Below are positions 1-13,300 of a DNA stretch of 64,000 bases, one piece after another. The translations under genes were made by a program, and so were the position numbers. Source of the stretch: Balanoglossus misakiensis. Lineage: Eukaryota > Animalia > Hemichordata. Each line of letters starts with the position of its first letter. The first letter of the stretch is position 1. The stretch is taken from positions 3,570,760 to 3,634,759 of the forward strand of contig CM082576.2 of the NCBI GenBank assembly GCA_040954595.2, written 5' to 3'. The notes beneath the pieces were generated by a model. The model made no database searches. It was not told the DNA's origin and saw only the letters and a list, made by a program, of their open reading frames with translations.

Positions 1-78
1 ATTGTATTGGTTGAATAAGTCAGACCATTCACCGCCAGCTACATGTGCGTGATGCGAGATTCTGTTTCATATTTGCAG

Positions 79-3000
79 GTTGGATTTTGAACGGAGATTC
101 ATGTCCAGGATAATTGATCATTTCTTTACTGTACTCAACCAGATACCAGAAACCGGTAAGTTTTCTGTTCAGATAATGACATAGACATGCTATCTGGATG
201 TATTTGATGTTATTCATCACAGCGTTAAATTTAGAACTAGTGTCAATGACTGTATTTGTTTCACTTTTTTTCCAGGCGACGTGTCCAGACAAAAAGTCCA
301 TTATTGTGAGAGATTTCTGGAGCTTATGATTGACATGGAGGTAAATAATTGACAGATTTTGCATAATTCTGGAAAGTGCAGGAATCTTTTTAACAATGAA
401 AGTTGGAAATTGTCCTGCGGAATATTGGTTGTCCATTTTAATGCTGGGGGTGGGGTGGGGTCAGGGGTGATGTTGTAGTATTGAAATATCTGATGACTTT
501 TTCCCTTGACACAGAGTCTGTTACCAGCCAGGAGGTTCTTCAATGCTGTCATGGACAACGCTCACCTTGTTGTCAAATGCAGAATGTCTAAGTTGGCCAA
601 AAGGAAAGAAGGAAAGCTCTTCACCCAGGTAAGAGGTTATCTAGAACGGTTCGGCAAAATGAACAGAAATACATAAGTGAAAAAGTTTTCGTTTAACCCT
701 TTCACCCAAGTTCCCTCTTTAGAGGTCCACCTTCACCATAGAAAACAATGGAATTTGACCATACCAAGGTGATTTGATAACTCTCTTCACTGTTGTATTT
801 CTTTCTCTACAGTTACTGGATTCTTTGAAGTTTTACGCTGGATTTGAAATCGACGAGAGGACAGGGGAGGCGCTGACAGATCACGACATGACAAACCTGC
901 ACTATGACAGGATCATCTCCCTTCAGGTGAGTCTTATAATACTTTCCTGCAGTGTGAGAGGATTGTGATAAATTCAATATCTTTGCCAATGCAAAGAATA
1001 GGCATTGTATAGTAATGAACATTTTTCATTTATGTTGGCAGAGGGGTGCATTCAAATATTTTCCAGAGTTGAAGAAATTTTCCATGGCCAACGTTGGTAG
1101 TATCGACACAAGAGAGAAACTGCTTGCTCATTTTGAGCCCCTTAGGTGAGTGAGACATCTGCAAAGATTTGTTATTGCCGAAAGATTAAAACAAATACCT
1201 GTATATTGTCACGGAAACAGTGTTTAGTCTGACTCTGAAATTTGACTTGAATTCCTGCAGCACAGAGAAACTGCATGAAATTGCAGCATATCTCAACCTT
1301 GTGTCGCCGTTGGAATCAGGTGAGAAGTTAGAAAAGGAACTTCTTCTAGAGTTGCTGGTTTCAAGACACGAAAGAAGACCATCGCAGCTCCAAGCACTTA
1401 ATCAGATGCCACTGTATCCGACCGAAGTAATTCTCTGGGATGAAAATATCGTACCGACAGAGTACTTCTCTGGGGAAGGTACAATCATTTTGTGCATTTT
1501 TCCCCCAGTGGTAGTGCATATTAAACCTCTTCCATCCACATGTAAAGATTTCCTATGGGCTTTGAATTTTTTCCCCAAAACTGATAAAAATGCTGGTAAA
1601 TACTGCTAATATTGTAGTAATGTTGAACCATTTCTTTTTTCCATATCAGACTGTCTGGCATTGCAGAAACTGAATTTGCAGTTCTTGACATTACATGACT
1701 ATCTTTTGAGAAATTTCAATCTCTTCCGACTGGAGTCGACATGTAAGTATACAGGTGTATCAATTACTGAGATGTGGACATTACATGTTACACCAAACTT
1801 TTAATGCATGTAGTGTCAACTGCTGGGTCTGACATGGTGGTTTTACACAAGGTGGTTTTATATTGAGTGCAAGTTCCCATTCTTTTGGCAGATGAAATTC
1901 GTCAAGATGTCGAAGATTCTGTGAGCAGAATGAAGCCATGGTAAGCAAAAATATTTTTAGAAATATGTAGAAAAATATATCAAGATGAGACTTGTTCAAC
2001 TGCTCAGCTCATTAAGGTAGCCCATATGTGTACTATAAGCATTGTTACAGTTGAAAATTGAATTCAAGTCCAGACTTGAATTCATTGTATTAATGGTCAC
2101 TGGTCAGTTGGTTTGAGATTTCTGGGGATTTGGGCATGCTATTGGAGTAGACCAAGAAACTGCGTTTGATCCGCAAAACAACAAGAATGTAAAAACACTG
2201 AAACTCATATTTCCCCCGTCCAGAAATTTTTATGTAAATGTGCCAATTTTACTTCTACTATTGTAGGCAAGCTGAAGATGGAAACATTGTCTTTGGAGGA
2301 TGGGCAAGGATGGCTCTGGTGAGTTCAGAGACCATCTCTTTAACCAGATCGTGTTGTTTAGAGAGGAATACTGAATATCCTGAAAATTTCCAACTTTGCG
2401 GTTTGAATGTTTTAGTCAAAGTACTGATTTCTTCCTTTTTCATTTCAGCCAATAACAACATTTTCAGTTGTGGAGGTGAGTGTTACATTAAATCATCCTT
2501 GATGTTGTGCTTTGAATATAGCTACTGGCATCGATTGCTTTTGCTTCATTTTAGCAGTTGCTGGCTTGGCATGATAATGTTATGTTGACAAGTACATTGT
2601 AAATCTTATCGATCGATCTAATACATTTCTTGTGTGTGCATTCTCTAAGGTTGCCAAACCAAACATTGGAGAGAACCATCCGTCCCAAGTCAGAGCTGAC
2701 GTGACCGTGACTTTGAACTTGAGAGATGCTATAAAAGCTGAATGGGAAGGTATGCGAAAACATGACGTTGCTTTCTTGGTGACAGTGCGTCCGACACAGT
2801 CCTACGGCACGCGGTACAGTGAGAAGCAACCATTCATCCCACAGGTGGGGTTGGTCTATGTGAGAGGGTGTGAAATTGAAGGCCTCCTGGATGAGAATGG
2901 TGATGTCATTGAGGAAGGTGAGTGATCTGGAGATTTGTAGACATGCACTTTCTGTAGTATTCATTTTCTAGGTCTCCTGGTTATAGTCAATCAAGTTCTG

Positions 3001-6000
3001 AAATTCAAAAGCAATTTGTAAGATTTGTGAGATGGACTTATCCTGTTTTTCCTGTATGCACATCAGGTATCGAGCCTAGGCCAGAGTTGAGAGGTGAGAT
3101 CAGAACATACAGAGTGTGGCTGGATCCTAACCAGTATCAACAAGATATGGCGAAGACTGCCACCGGTGATGAAGACGTCTACGAGACGTTCAACATAATC
3201 ATGAGACGGAAACCAAAGGAGAATAATTTCAAGGTGAGTTGCTTCACATTGGTAGTGCAGTCCTGGGTTAAGTGGGGATCTATTCATGGCATTGTCATTG
3301 ACTGTAGGCAACGTAGTGTTCAGTTTGGAGAGACCATCTCATTCAGTGATAGAGTAATCTGATTGACTTGGTTGTTTATCCTGACAGGCTGTGTTGGAGA
3401 CCATACGTGATCTGATGAACACAGAGTGTGTGGTGCCTGACTGGTTGCATGACATTATATTGGGATATGGAGATCCAGGAGCAGCACACTATACAAAGTA
3501 AGAATTTCAATGGGCAAGTGTAGTGCCCAGGGTATTTCTACAGTGGCAAGCAGTAGACCCTTACTGTAGTCTGTAGCCTCAACTTGTTACTTAACACTGT
3601 CTGATATTTTTACAGGATGGACACCCCGGTCTCATCTCTGGACTTTGTAGACACATTCCTGGACATCAACCACCTGAAGGCTAGCTTCCCTGATTATGAA
3701 ATCAAAGTCACCACAGACAATGCCGCTGAACAGATTCCGCCTTTCAAGTGAGTTTCACCAGAATCCACACACACCTCCAGCATTCAGATTTTCCATTCTC
3801 AACACGGAGAGTTTTCATTCATAGCTCTTTAACTAATGCTTGCAGTCTCTCACAAATGGATAAGACAACAATTAATTTGAGTATTTTCGCTTCCTAGGGT
3901 AACGTTTCCAGCGAGGACTTCGGGAACAAAGAGGAAACAAGATGGCGAGATCAAAGAGGAGGAGAAGAACAAAATGCATATAACCGTGGAACCCTACGTC
4001 ATTCCAAACAGAGGTCCCTATCCATTCAACCAACCCAAAAAGTAAGTATTTAAAAAAATGCAAAATGGAGAAAAACTCCAGAAAAAGGCACTTCATGACT
4101 TTTAATAAACACTTTGAATGGAATCTGTCTTTCAGTTTCACTCAGTTAGAATGTACATATTGTCAAAAAACACCCAACAATTTTAAATCTGTTTATCTTT
4201 GTTAAATAGGAACAGCATTCCATTCACATCAACACAGATTGAAGCTATCAGGGCAGGCATGCAACCAGGCTTGACCATGGTAAGAAATTTTCAATTTTTT
4301 ATCTTTCTCAGTGTGTAAAACTAACAGTAGATAACATTGTGACTTTTGTTGCTTCAGACAGAAATCGTGCTTTGATCAGAAAATTTTCAAGCCTGAGGTT
4401 TCCTGTGTCAATCGTAAATAATGTGTACTTCAATGAAATCTTCCTCCGTCTTTCAGGTTGTGGGACCCCCTGGCACTGGGAAGACTGATGTTGCTGTTCA
4501 AATTATATCAAACATCTACCATAACTTTCCCGACCAGCGAACACTCATAGTAACACATTCTAACCAGGTATGAGAGGATTTAGTGGGTGGGTAGATGGAT
4601 GGACTGTTATTACTCAAGGCTGTTACTTCAAGGATAACAACATGAAACAATACTTTTTTTCCCCTGCAGGCCTTGAATCAGCTCTTTGAGAAGATCATGG
4701 CGTTAGACATTGATGAGAGACATCTGTTACGTCTTGGTCACGGTGAAGAGTCTCTGGAAACTGAGAAGGATTTCTCAAGGTGCAGTGATTGATTCTTATT
4801 AGTCGTGAAAGTTTGAGTTACTCCTTGCTTTGTCTTTTTACATGCAGTACCGCATTGAAGATTGCAAAAAATAAGTTGACCAATATTTTCATGGTTGCAG
4901 GTATGGAAGAGTCAACTTTGTGTTGGCAAGGCGACTGGAGCTTCTCAAGGAGGTTGCTAGGTTACAGGAGAGTTTAGGTGTGCCTGGTGATGTCTCGTAT
5001 ACATGTGAGACAGCAGGGCATTTCTTTCTGTATCAGGTAGGCTAATGATATTATACAAATTTATGACAATGATTATCTCTCTATGCAGAAGTCACACAAG
5101 TGTTCATTCTGCACTAATACACACACACACTCTCTCACACACATGATTTGATATTTCATGATTTCATTTGGATCTGATTTCAGATTTTGTCCAGATGGGA
5201 GAAGTACTTAAGCGCAATCAAAGGAAAGCAGGACGCCACGGCCATAGCAGAAGAATTTCCGTTTGAACAGTTCTTTTCCAACGCACCTCAGGTAAACACA
5301 GTCTAAATTCATCACAGCCAAGACATGTTCACATAGTCCAACCAATCTTGACTAATATTTCCATTTTTCTGTTTGTCCCATCCTCCCTGCAGCCGATATT
5401 TCATGGAAGGAGTTACAGTGAAGACATGGAAATAGCTGAGGGTTGCTTCAGGTACATCAAGAAGATATTCACTGAGTTAGAGGTACATACATATTTTAGT
5501 CAACTCATTTTCTAGATTCAATCAAGATTTAGAGCACTGACTGGAAGCGGAAGTTTGAAGAACGAATTCCTGGACATAAATTATTTGTGCTGAAATTATC
5601 TGTTTGATTCACTCAAATTTTCATTGCATTTGACTGTATTTCAGGAATTCCGTGCCTTTGAATTGTTGCGTAGTGGATCTGACAGATCCAAATATTTGCT
5701 GATCAAAGAAGCCAAGGTGATAGCCATGACTTGTACCCACGCAGCTCTCAAACGCAGGGATCTTGTTGAAGTTGGATTCAAGGTAAAAGAAAATCAGAAA
5801 TTATATCAAGTTATTCTGTTGAGAGTTTTGTTTTACTTTCATTTTATTTTGGAGTGACAAATGAATTTGAGTATGCCGAGTAACTAACGTTTCTATATTT
5901 GACTTATTTTCCCAGTATGACAACATTCTAATGGAAGAAGCTGCCCAGATCTTGGAGATAGAAACGTTTATTCCATTGCTACTCCAGGTAAGGGAACGAA

Positions 6001-8279
6001 ATAGTGTTTAGCGGAAGTTTCATGGATGAATTCCTGGACATAAATAATTTAGAGAGTAATTCAGAGTGTAGTCCAGTTTTGTGTGGCTAATGTGGTATGT
6101 GTACTGCCAACACAGTCATTAGGTGTGTGTATTCATCTGGCATTTCAATTCCTGATTCACAGAATCCAGAAGATGGATTCAGCCGACTGAAGAGATGGAT
6201 TATGATCGGAGATCACCACCAGTTACCACCTGTCATCAAAAACATGGCATTCCAGAAATTTTCCAACATGGAACAGTCTCTTTTCACTCGCCTGGTCAGG
6301 CTGATGGTGCCAACGGTTGACCTTGATGCCCAAGGTCGTGCAAGGGCCGGGTGAGTTTTTGGGGCTAATTTTTGATACAAAGACAGACACAGATACTGCG
6401 AGAGATAGAGAGAGACAACCTGTGACAGATGGCTTTATATTACCAAAATAAACTTAGGTAAAAGTGTTAAATACAAAACAACACTTAAACCAATGTCTTT
6501 ATATTCATTTCTCTGTTTAGTATCTGTAATCTGTACAACTGGAGGTACAACAAACTTGGCAACCTACCCCATGTCTTGATGCGGCCAGAATTCCGGCGGA
6601 CAAATCCTGGCTTTGTCTACGATTTCCAGCTGATCAACGTTGAAAATTTCAATGGAGTCGGGGAGTCAGAGCCCAATCCATATTTCTTTCAGGTTAGTGA
6701 AGTCCAGGAAAGGTTTTTTCCTTTGTCAGACTTAGATATATCAGATTGTTTCACTACCAGTGTTCAACTCTTCTATCACCCTAACCCATGGGTGATGAAC
6801 CAATCTACTGATGTACAGTAGCCAGTGTTTTAGGGATCTTAGTTTAAACACCACCACCACCCCCTTCCTTGCAGAACTTGGCAGAAGCGGAGTACATAGT
6901 AGCACTGTTTATGTACATGAGACTGCTGGGCTACCCAGCTGACAAGATAAGCATACTTACCACTTACAACGGGCAGAAGCATCTGATCAGAGATGTGATC
7001 AACCAGAGATGTGGGAACAATCCACTGATTGGAAGACCCAGTAAGGTGAGAAGGCTGTTCTATGTAACAGACAGTGGGAGGCACCTTTAATTCATGTGCC
7101 AGGAAGCTTCTGATTCCTTCCGAAGCAAACAAGATTACAAAGCACCATTTGCCTGATTTCAATGATAAAAACTCATCGATGCAGAAGGGTTGATTGATTG
7201 ATTGATTGCTATTGGTTGATACTGGCCATCAAACTGACCATATGGTAAACTTCACAACAGGTCACCACTGTCGATCGTTTCCAAGGACAACAGAATGACT
7301 ACATCTTACTGTCACTGGTGAGGACAAAAGCTGTCGGCCATCTTAGGTAAGTGCATGTGCGAGCGTCCTACTGATAAGTACTCATAGTGTAGCCTGTCCA
7401 ATCTTGATATTAAAGTTCACAGTTGTTACCTGTTACTTCACATTGTGTCGTTTATTTTCAACAGGGATGTGAGAAGATTGGTTGTGGCAATGTCAAGAGC
7501 GAGACTGGGTCTGTACATTGTGGCCAGGGTTTCACTCTTCCAGAACTGCTATGAGCTGTCCCCAGCATTCAACCAGGTCAGTTTGCTGTACCTCATTGCA
7601 GCCAGATCATCCCATTTTCAGTTCTTGATACTGAGTCAAGGTCTTTGTGAGTGGTTGTCCTTCTTAGATTATTAACTCTGTTCACTTCTGTACATTTTTT
7701 GTTGTTGACAGTTGATGCAGAGGCCTCTGAATCTTCATCTGGTGACATCAGAGAATTACCAATCAACAAGAAAGGTAAGTCAGGCTTTTTGATGTTAAAA
7801 TGCATGATGGGTGTGTACTTGTAGATGTCGCTGTGTTATGGTGATGATGATGGTGGTGGTGGTGGTGGTAGTGGTTGTGATGAGCAGGGTGACACCACCA
7901 GTAACTTGAGATAAAAATACTGGATGTCTCACTAAAACACAAACTTGCCTTTCCTTTGCAGGTATCAGATCCCCTCAGAGCACAGTCCATGGTCATTGAA
8001 AACATGCCACACATGGCGCAGTTCGTCTATGACTTCTACAAATCGGCGGTGCAGACCACACCCTCACAGCGTATGGTAAGATGAGCTCTACTTCATACAT
8101 TTCACATTGTTCTGCTGTTTCACGCCCCGTAGACAGCACTGGTGACAACTGTGTCTTTATTGTCTTGTTTTCAGAGGGGCATGCCTTCTCTACGTCCGCC
8201 GGCCACTGAGAGAGCCAGTGAGAGAACAGCCAAAGAAGACAGTGTGCAAGAGGGTACCGAGGGTAAAGATGCAACATGA
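79..8279 (+). CDS. AQR: Aquarius / intron-binding protein 160, SF1 (Upf1-like) spliceosomal RNA helicase; 5'-partial, 31 coding exons in window
   Basis: Exons assembled by hand with GT-AG boundaries and consistent phase: 79-155, 276-340, 515-628, 813-926, 1042-1145, 1261-1478, 1650-1742, 1892-1940, 2267-2318, 2449-2475, 2650-2917, 3067-3233, 3388-3497, 3616-3747, 3898-4041, 4210-4279, 4457-4567, 4670-4779, 4901-5036, 5184-5291, 5393-5482, 5645-5782, 5916-5987, 6163-6350, 6521-6692, 6875-7045, 7261-7346, 7465-7576, 7712-7774, 7962-8075, 8175-8279 (TGA at 8277-8279). The translation is colinear with Aquarius as recalled: [51 protein letters not shown], Walker [20 protein letters not shown], motif [61 protein letters not shown]. 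The start codon lies upstream of the window. Confidence 0.97.
4457..4567 (+). CDS. AQR: AQR exon carrying helicase motif I (GPPGTGKT) and motif Ia (LIVTHSNQ)
   Basis: tttcag|GTTGTGGGACCCCCTGGCACTGGGAAGACT...TCTAACCAG|gtatga; too short to appear in the supplied ORF track. Confidence 0.95.
7833..7880. repeat. (GGT/GAT)n trinucleotide microsatellite in an AQR intron
   Basis: ggtgatgatgatggtggtggtggtggtggtagtggttgtgatga; source of the spurious poly-His ORF 7763..8014. Confidence 0.8.
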
Positions 8280-8509
8280 CAACTGCAAAATTAAAACCCC
8301 AGTCACTGTGAAAACATCAGTTATGTATCCTCAACTGTTGGATTTTGAGGGGACATGGGGATTTGATACTGTACAGGCCATCCAGTTTGGCTTGTGCAGC
8401 TTTCTGAATAGTAACGCTAGACATTTTAACAGCACCTTGATAATGAAACACAAGGACACAAGTGTAAAATTTTTGCTCTTCATCCGGGTCTAATAATAGA
8501 ACCTCCAAT

Positions 8510-8515
8510 AATAAA
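8510..8515 (+). promoter_or_regulatory. Candidate polyadenylation signal of AQR
   Basis: AATAAA about 230 nt after the stop codon; an alternative ATTAAA lies near 8838. Confidence 0.45.
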
Positions 8516-9466
8516 TTTCTCAGCTGATCAAGGGTCAGGCAAACACAGTCAGCAAGAATCTTGTTGCTATGTCAATAATGACTTAAAGTGTTTTTGGTTT
8601 AGAAGAGGATTTTCTTTCGTGGTAACTAACATGATGAACGACTAGCATTTTCTAGTTTACATACACCATTATTGTTTTCACTGCCAGTAATGTGACCAGT
8701 TTGACTTAAGATTTTGTATTCAGAGCAGCAGAATTTGCAAACCATTTTCTATTCACAAATAATATATATGCTCAGCTGCCTGCTTTTATTATCTCCCCCC
8801 CCTGTATAATGTACAAACAGTGCTTGCAAATTCAGGAATTAAAAGGATCTGTAAAAATTGCAAGTTCCAGTTTTGCGGTGGATATTTTGGTTCTTTGCAT
8901 TGCCATCTATCGTTGGAAAGAGTAGTTTGTTCCATATCTCTTCACACACAGCCCAGAACCGTCATTGAAATATAGCAAGACTTGTCAACAGTTGGTGTAC
9001 TTGTGGCCAGAACAAGGCTTTGGTTTTGTTGTGATCCAGATGAGGTTTTAACGTCTGCTCAGTGTCAGCACTGCTTATAAAGACAACTTGCTTAGAATTG
9101 CTTCAGAAAAGTCCTCTTACAGGATTGTAGACTTTATTCACAAAAATACATCTACAATTTTCATGTCTTGGAGGATACTTTTAATGTATGTATCAGACGC
9201 AGTTCACGGGAAGTGCTGCAAAGAAAGGAATGTTCCACACCAGAATTCTTTGGGAATTCAAAAATCTGCACTATAGCACTGCGAGCTCCCACTTTTTTTT
9301 CATCCACTCCTCGATTCAGATATGGCTGGGTGTACAATTCAAATGTTTGCCAGAATGTCAAACTGTGCAATAAGCCATTATCTGCTACATTATTCACTAT
9401 AAAAATAATTCAATTCTGATGTATGTGGCAATACACTTTTGAAATTGATTAAGAAGTAGTACTGTC

Positions 9467-10226
9467 TCAGTCGTACTTTGGTTTCCCTTGGTCGCTTAGC
9501 AACACGTGGACAACACCCATGGTAGCAGCCACAGGCAAGATAAAATACTCAAAACGCACACTCATTCGGCAGGTCATCAGCCACAGGAAAAATGCCATGA
9601 TTCCCAGGATGACACCAGCTCCAGCCTTCTTCATCCACGGCGGTCCAAATACCATGGCAGCACCGCAGATGACTTCAACAGCCCCGACAGCAGCCCGAAG
9701 GGTAGTTGGCCCAGGTCTGAATAAACCCCAGTCAGGAAAGACGCGACTGAACTCAGCAAATGATTTTATCTGGAGGAAAAAAGGAACAATATAGGCATGT
9801 TTATCATGTGGGTTTATACATGCCATTCAAAACTGAATTGACCTCTATGTGTGTAAACCGAATATAGTGGGGTGTGACCTTTGACATCTGTTACAAGGTC
9901 ACTGAGCGGCGTGTTATCGCTCAATGACCTTTATACTATATTACAGACGCCACAAATACCTGTGACTACCACATCCAAGCCGTCACTTTTTTCGACAGAA
10001 TTTACTCCACACCACGAAAATAAAACTGTATGTCGTGTTGCACTATGGGAGTTAGTGTCCTGGGGGATGGACTGGAGGTACCACTCAGTTCGTGTAATTA
10101 CGTCATTTAGTCCTACCTAGTACCTACCATTATATTACCAACTGGTCCAATCGGAAACACCTTAAAACTACCTGTCGTCATATACAGTGAACCAACAATG
10201 ACAGCGCTGTATTTTAGAATATCCAT
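9467..10226 (-). CDS. TMEM35B: TMEM35B-like multi-pass membrane protein (TMEM35/NACHO, DoxX-like family); two exons, 133 aa
   Basis: Exon 1 10226-10128 (MDILKYSAVIVGSLYMTTGSFKVFPIGPVGNIM, donor gtaggt). Exon 2 9769-9467 (acceptor ttttcctccag; IKSFAEFSRVFPDWGLFRPGPTTLRAAVGAVEVICGAAMVFGPPWMKK...DQGKPKYD*). Phase-0 join. The pattern F-x-x-F-x-x-VFP...P-x-P...AVG-x-x-E-x-x-x-G...GPP resembles TMEM35B as recalled. About four hydrophobic segments and a C-terminal KxKxx ER-retrieval motif. The A versus B assignment is from memory, not a search. Confidence 0.8.
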
Positions 10227-10321
10227 GTTCACTCCCGTAGCCCAGCACCCCGGTGCAGTACGTTTACGGAGCTCTTAAAACATGGAAAATGTAGGGCATA
10301 AATATACGGCCACCTATCATA

Positions 10322-10340
10322 TAGCGCCCCCTGCGGCCAT
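10322..10340 (-). promoter_or_regulatory. CTCF-like motif just upstream of the TMEM35B-like gene
   Basis: The minus strand reads TGGCCGCAGGGGGCGCTA, close to the CTCF core CCASYAGRKGGCRS. A TATA-like TATATTTA on the minus strand lies at ~10298-10306. Confidence 0.45.
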
Positions 10341-13300
10341 ACCAGTAATTTACTTCTCAACGTTTGAAAACGGGCATGGGCACCACATGTATGTTGCATG
10401 TAAATAACACGCTGTCAAACTAAAAGTACGCCCTCATTGTTGGAATTGAGATAATATTTGCAAGTTTATCACCAATGTGGCTAAATTGAAGTTCAGGTGA
10501 AATTTGGCGATTCACCGAAATTCGGACTAACAAAAACCCTCTATATCAAATGTAATATTTAAAATAGATAGTTACCTGGAAAATACGCTAATAGTTATAA
10601 ATACGGCGAAAATGCGACTTTTTGATAATTTATTTCAAGAGATTCGTTCATTTGAAGTCATGAATCTCTCATTCTAGTTCTAATTGGCATCATTAGCTCT
10701 CTTTCAACAACTAATTGTCTGTTTGTTTTTTGCGCTTTCTGTGTTCCGTCAGCTTAATTACCATATTCTGTTGCTGAAGACCGCTAATTTAATGATAATT
10801 CTGATTTACATAGAAAAATTGTCAGGGAGCGTCTGGGATTTGATTCTGAGCCGATGAGACCCAAGACGATCAGTATCTTCTTGACCTCCTGGGTCAAGCC
10901 CTCTGAAATGTCTGACTGTTCAAATTGAAATCCCGTTGTTTATAATCAAAGACAGAAGACGGGTAAAGCTCTTTTTGCCCCCACCCACCGACAAACTGAA
11001 GATGGACCCCGAGATTGGATGCGCGTCTCGCGGGACTTGGCTGAGATCTCTCCATTGAAAGGACAATTAATTCACGATGAGCGCCAGCGACAAATGATTT
11101 CTGGAGGAGAAAAAAATACGGCCACCTGGGAGACCAATAACCGAGGCTGCACACAATCAGTCGATAATTAGTCTCTCCTGGGTTGAATGGGCTCACGCTC
11201 GCCACCCTTCAGTTTAGCATGTGAACAGTGACGTCATCATACCCCGGATGACAGATGATGAATCTCTCCGCCGCATGCAGTGAAGGAGAGCGAAGGAATC
11301 AAATCTTTATTAAACAACTGCTATCTTTGAATCAAAGACGTTTGATGGTACCATCGGAGAAACTCAAGCCAATAGGTTGCCATGGCAATATTGATTTGTT
11401 CCAGAAGACCATAAATTGGTCGGACGCTTAAAGAAGAATGAAAACGTATTTTTTACCAATCGCGAAGAACTTAATTCGTTGATTTGACATAATTGTGAAA
11501 TTGTTATGGTAGTGGTCATTATACTTTTGTCATCAATACTTTTTCGAATTGAAATTAAACTGATAAAATGCTTTACACACAGTGCGAGCTTTGTTTATCG
11601 GCCAAATACTGACGGTATTTTCAGGAAGTAAAATAATTACTGCACCTGGTGAACGGAACAAAGTTGCATTATTTTGTTCGTGAACTCAAAACTTACATAT
11701 AACAGAATGGTCTTGTTTTTTTATATATTTTGTGTTGGGATGAAGGAAAGAAAAGAAATTATGACCACGGTAAAGATTTTTGTTGTTCTTTTTTTTTAAT
11801 TTGTTAAGGCAGACGACACCGATTTTGTTAGTCATCAGATGTGATTTCAATGAGAATTCCGCGAAGACATCGGTCCTAATGCATGTCTCCCACATCAAAG
11901 CAAGACGCCCTACTTTTCAGACTCGGGGGTTAGCTATGCTGGGGGAATCGCACGCTTCAGCGCCAAGCAAAGTGCACCGTAACATTTTCTTGCATTTCTC
12001 GCTTCATTGTGCACAATTAGCGACTTTGTGAAAAAGGGGGAAAGAATAAAAGGAAGTGGAACCATTAATCACAAATAATTATACGCTCAAGGATCATGCA
12101 GATTTTTTGGGTCAAAAGTAGACACATTTGTTTTTGATCGCACTATACAGAGTGCATTATCATTCCGCCAAAAAGGGGAACGATTATCCGACCAAAATTC
12201 CGAGTAATATTCATTTCAGAGACGTTCTCCGCGATGAGATAATAAAAAATTATCACTCCCTCCTTCGGGTGATAATTAAAATATCCCTTTAAAATTCATG
12301 GTTGTAGTTATCAAATATTTTAAATTTCACGGTTCGTTTTCTTATGGAATTACCGAAACACGCCGGCGGTCTGGAAAGAACGGGAACGCAGATGATGCAG
12401 TGACGGTAGCTTGCGGTGGTGCTGGCAGCGCGAAATCAACATGGAAACGTGACAATAGTAGTCTTAATTAGGATGTATTTCGCACTCCCACTGTGTTTTG
12501 CGAAAGTTAATAGCGTTTTTAATTCAATAAAGTCGAAGGCTTACTCATAACAACCTCGCTTTTCTTTCTGAAAGCGAGCGAGAAAAAAAAGCGCGGTTTG
12601 AATCAGTGAATCTTGTAGATATTGTTGCGGCGCGTCTTTTTGATGACCGGCCCGAACCACACCGCGCCGTTGACTTGTTCATGTATGGTGGTTTTGTCTC
12701 CAGATTACAAAGGCCAGTCGTAATTTGGATTCGAAAGTTTTGAAGATTGGGGAAAAGTGGCTATTAATGATTCTGGGCGTTTAATGTAATATTTCATTGC
12801 TGTCTTCGAGATAAATAACCTCACATAACACCTGTGATTTCGGGGTGTTTCGGAACTTTAACACAGTAAGCGTTGGCACTCCACTGTTTCGCCTTCTTGA
12901 TGAAATAAAAATAAAAGATTAAATCCGTAATCCAATGAAGCGCACCGACTCTAAAGTTTGATTACAGACGAGGACAGTCGCACAAACAGACTTGGCGGTG
13001 CGAGTGCCGCCGAGTGACCTTCCCTGACACCTTATCAAAATCATGGAAAATCATATTTGGACGCAATTTCCATTTCTTAGCAGATACGGCATAGAGTCTG
13101 CGATGCGACGTGACAAGTACAAATTGGGGTCAGGCACAGCGTTGAAATTACATTTGGTTCAGGCTTCCCTTTTCGTGAGAAGTGATGGTATTTTTCGCCG
13201 AGAAGATAATTCTTATGTCCACTAAACATTTCTCTTGTGTGCCGGGCGACTTCACACGCTTGACGCGCGGGAAATCGGAGAAGCTAATGGGCCGGCTAAA

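Noticed and set aside
3510-3575. Two small hairpins in an AQR intron as a possible H/ACA snoRNA
   Set aside because: The stems are too short, the 118-nt intron is too small, and there are no properly placed H or ACA boxes.
29-8508. Minus-strand and off-frame short ORFs across AQR (including the poly-His ORF 7763..8014)
   Set aside because: These are shadow ORFs of AQR exons and introns, or arise from microsatellites, and have no recognisable domains.
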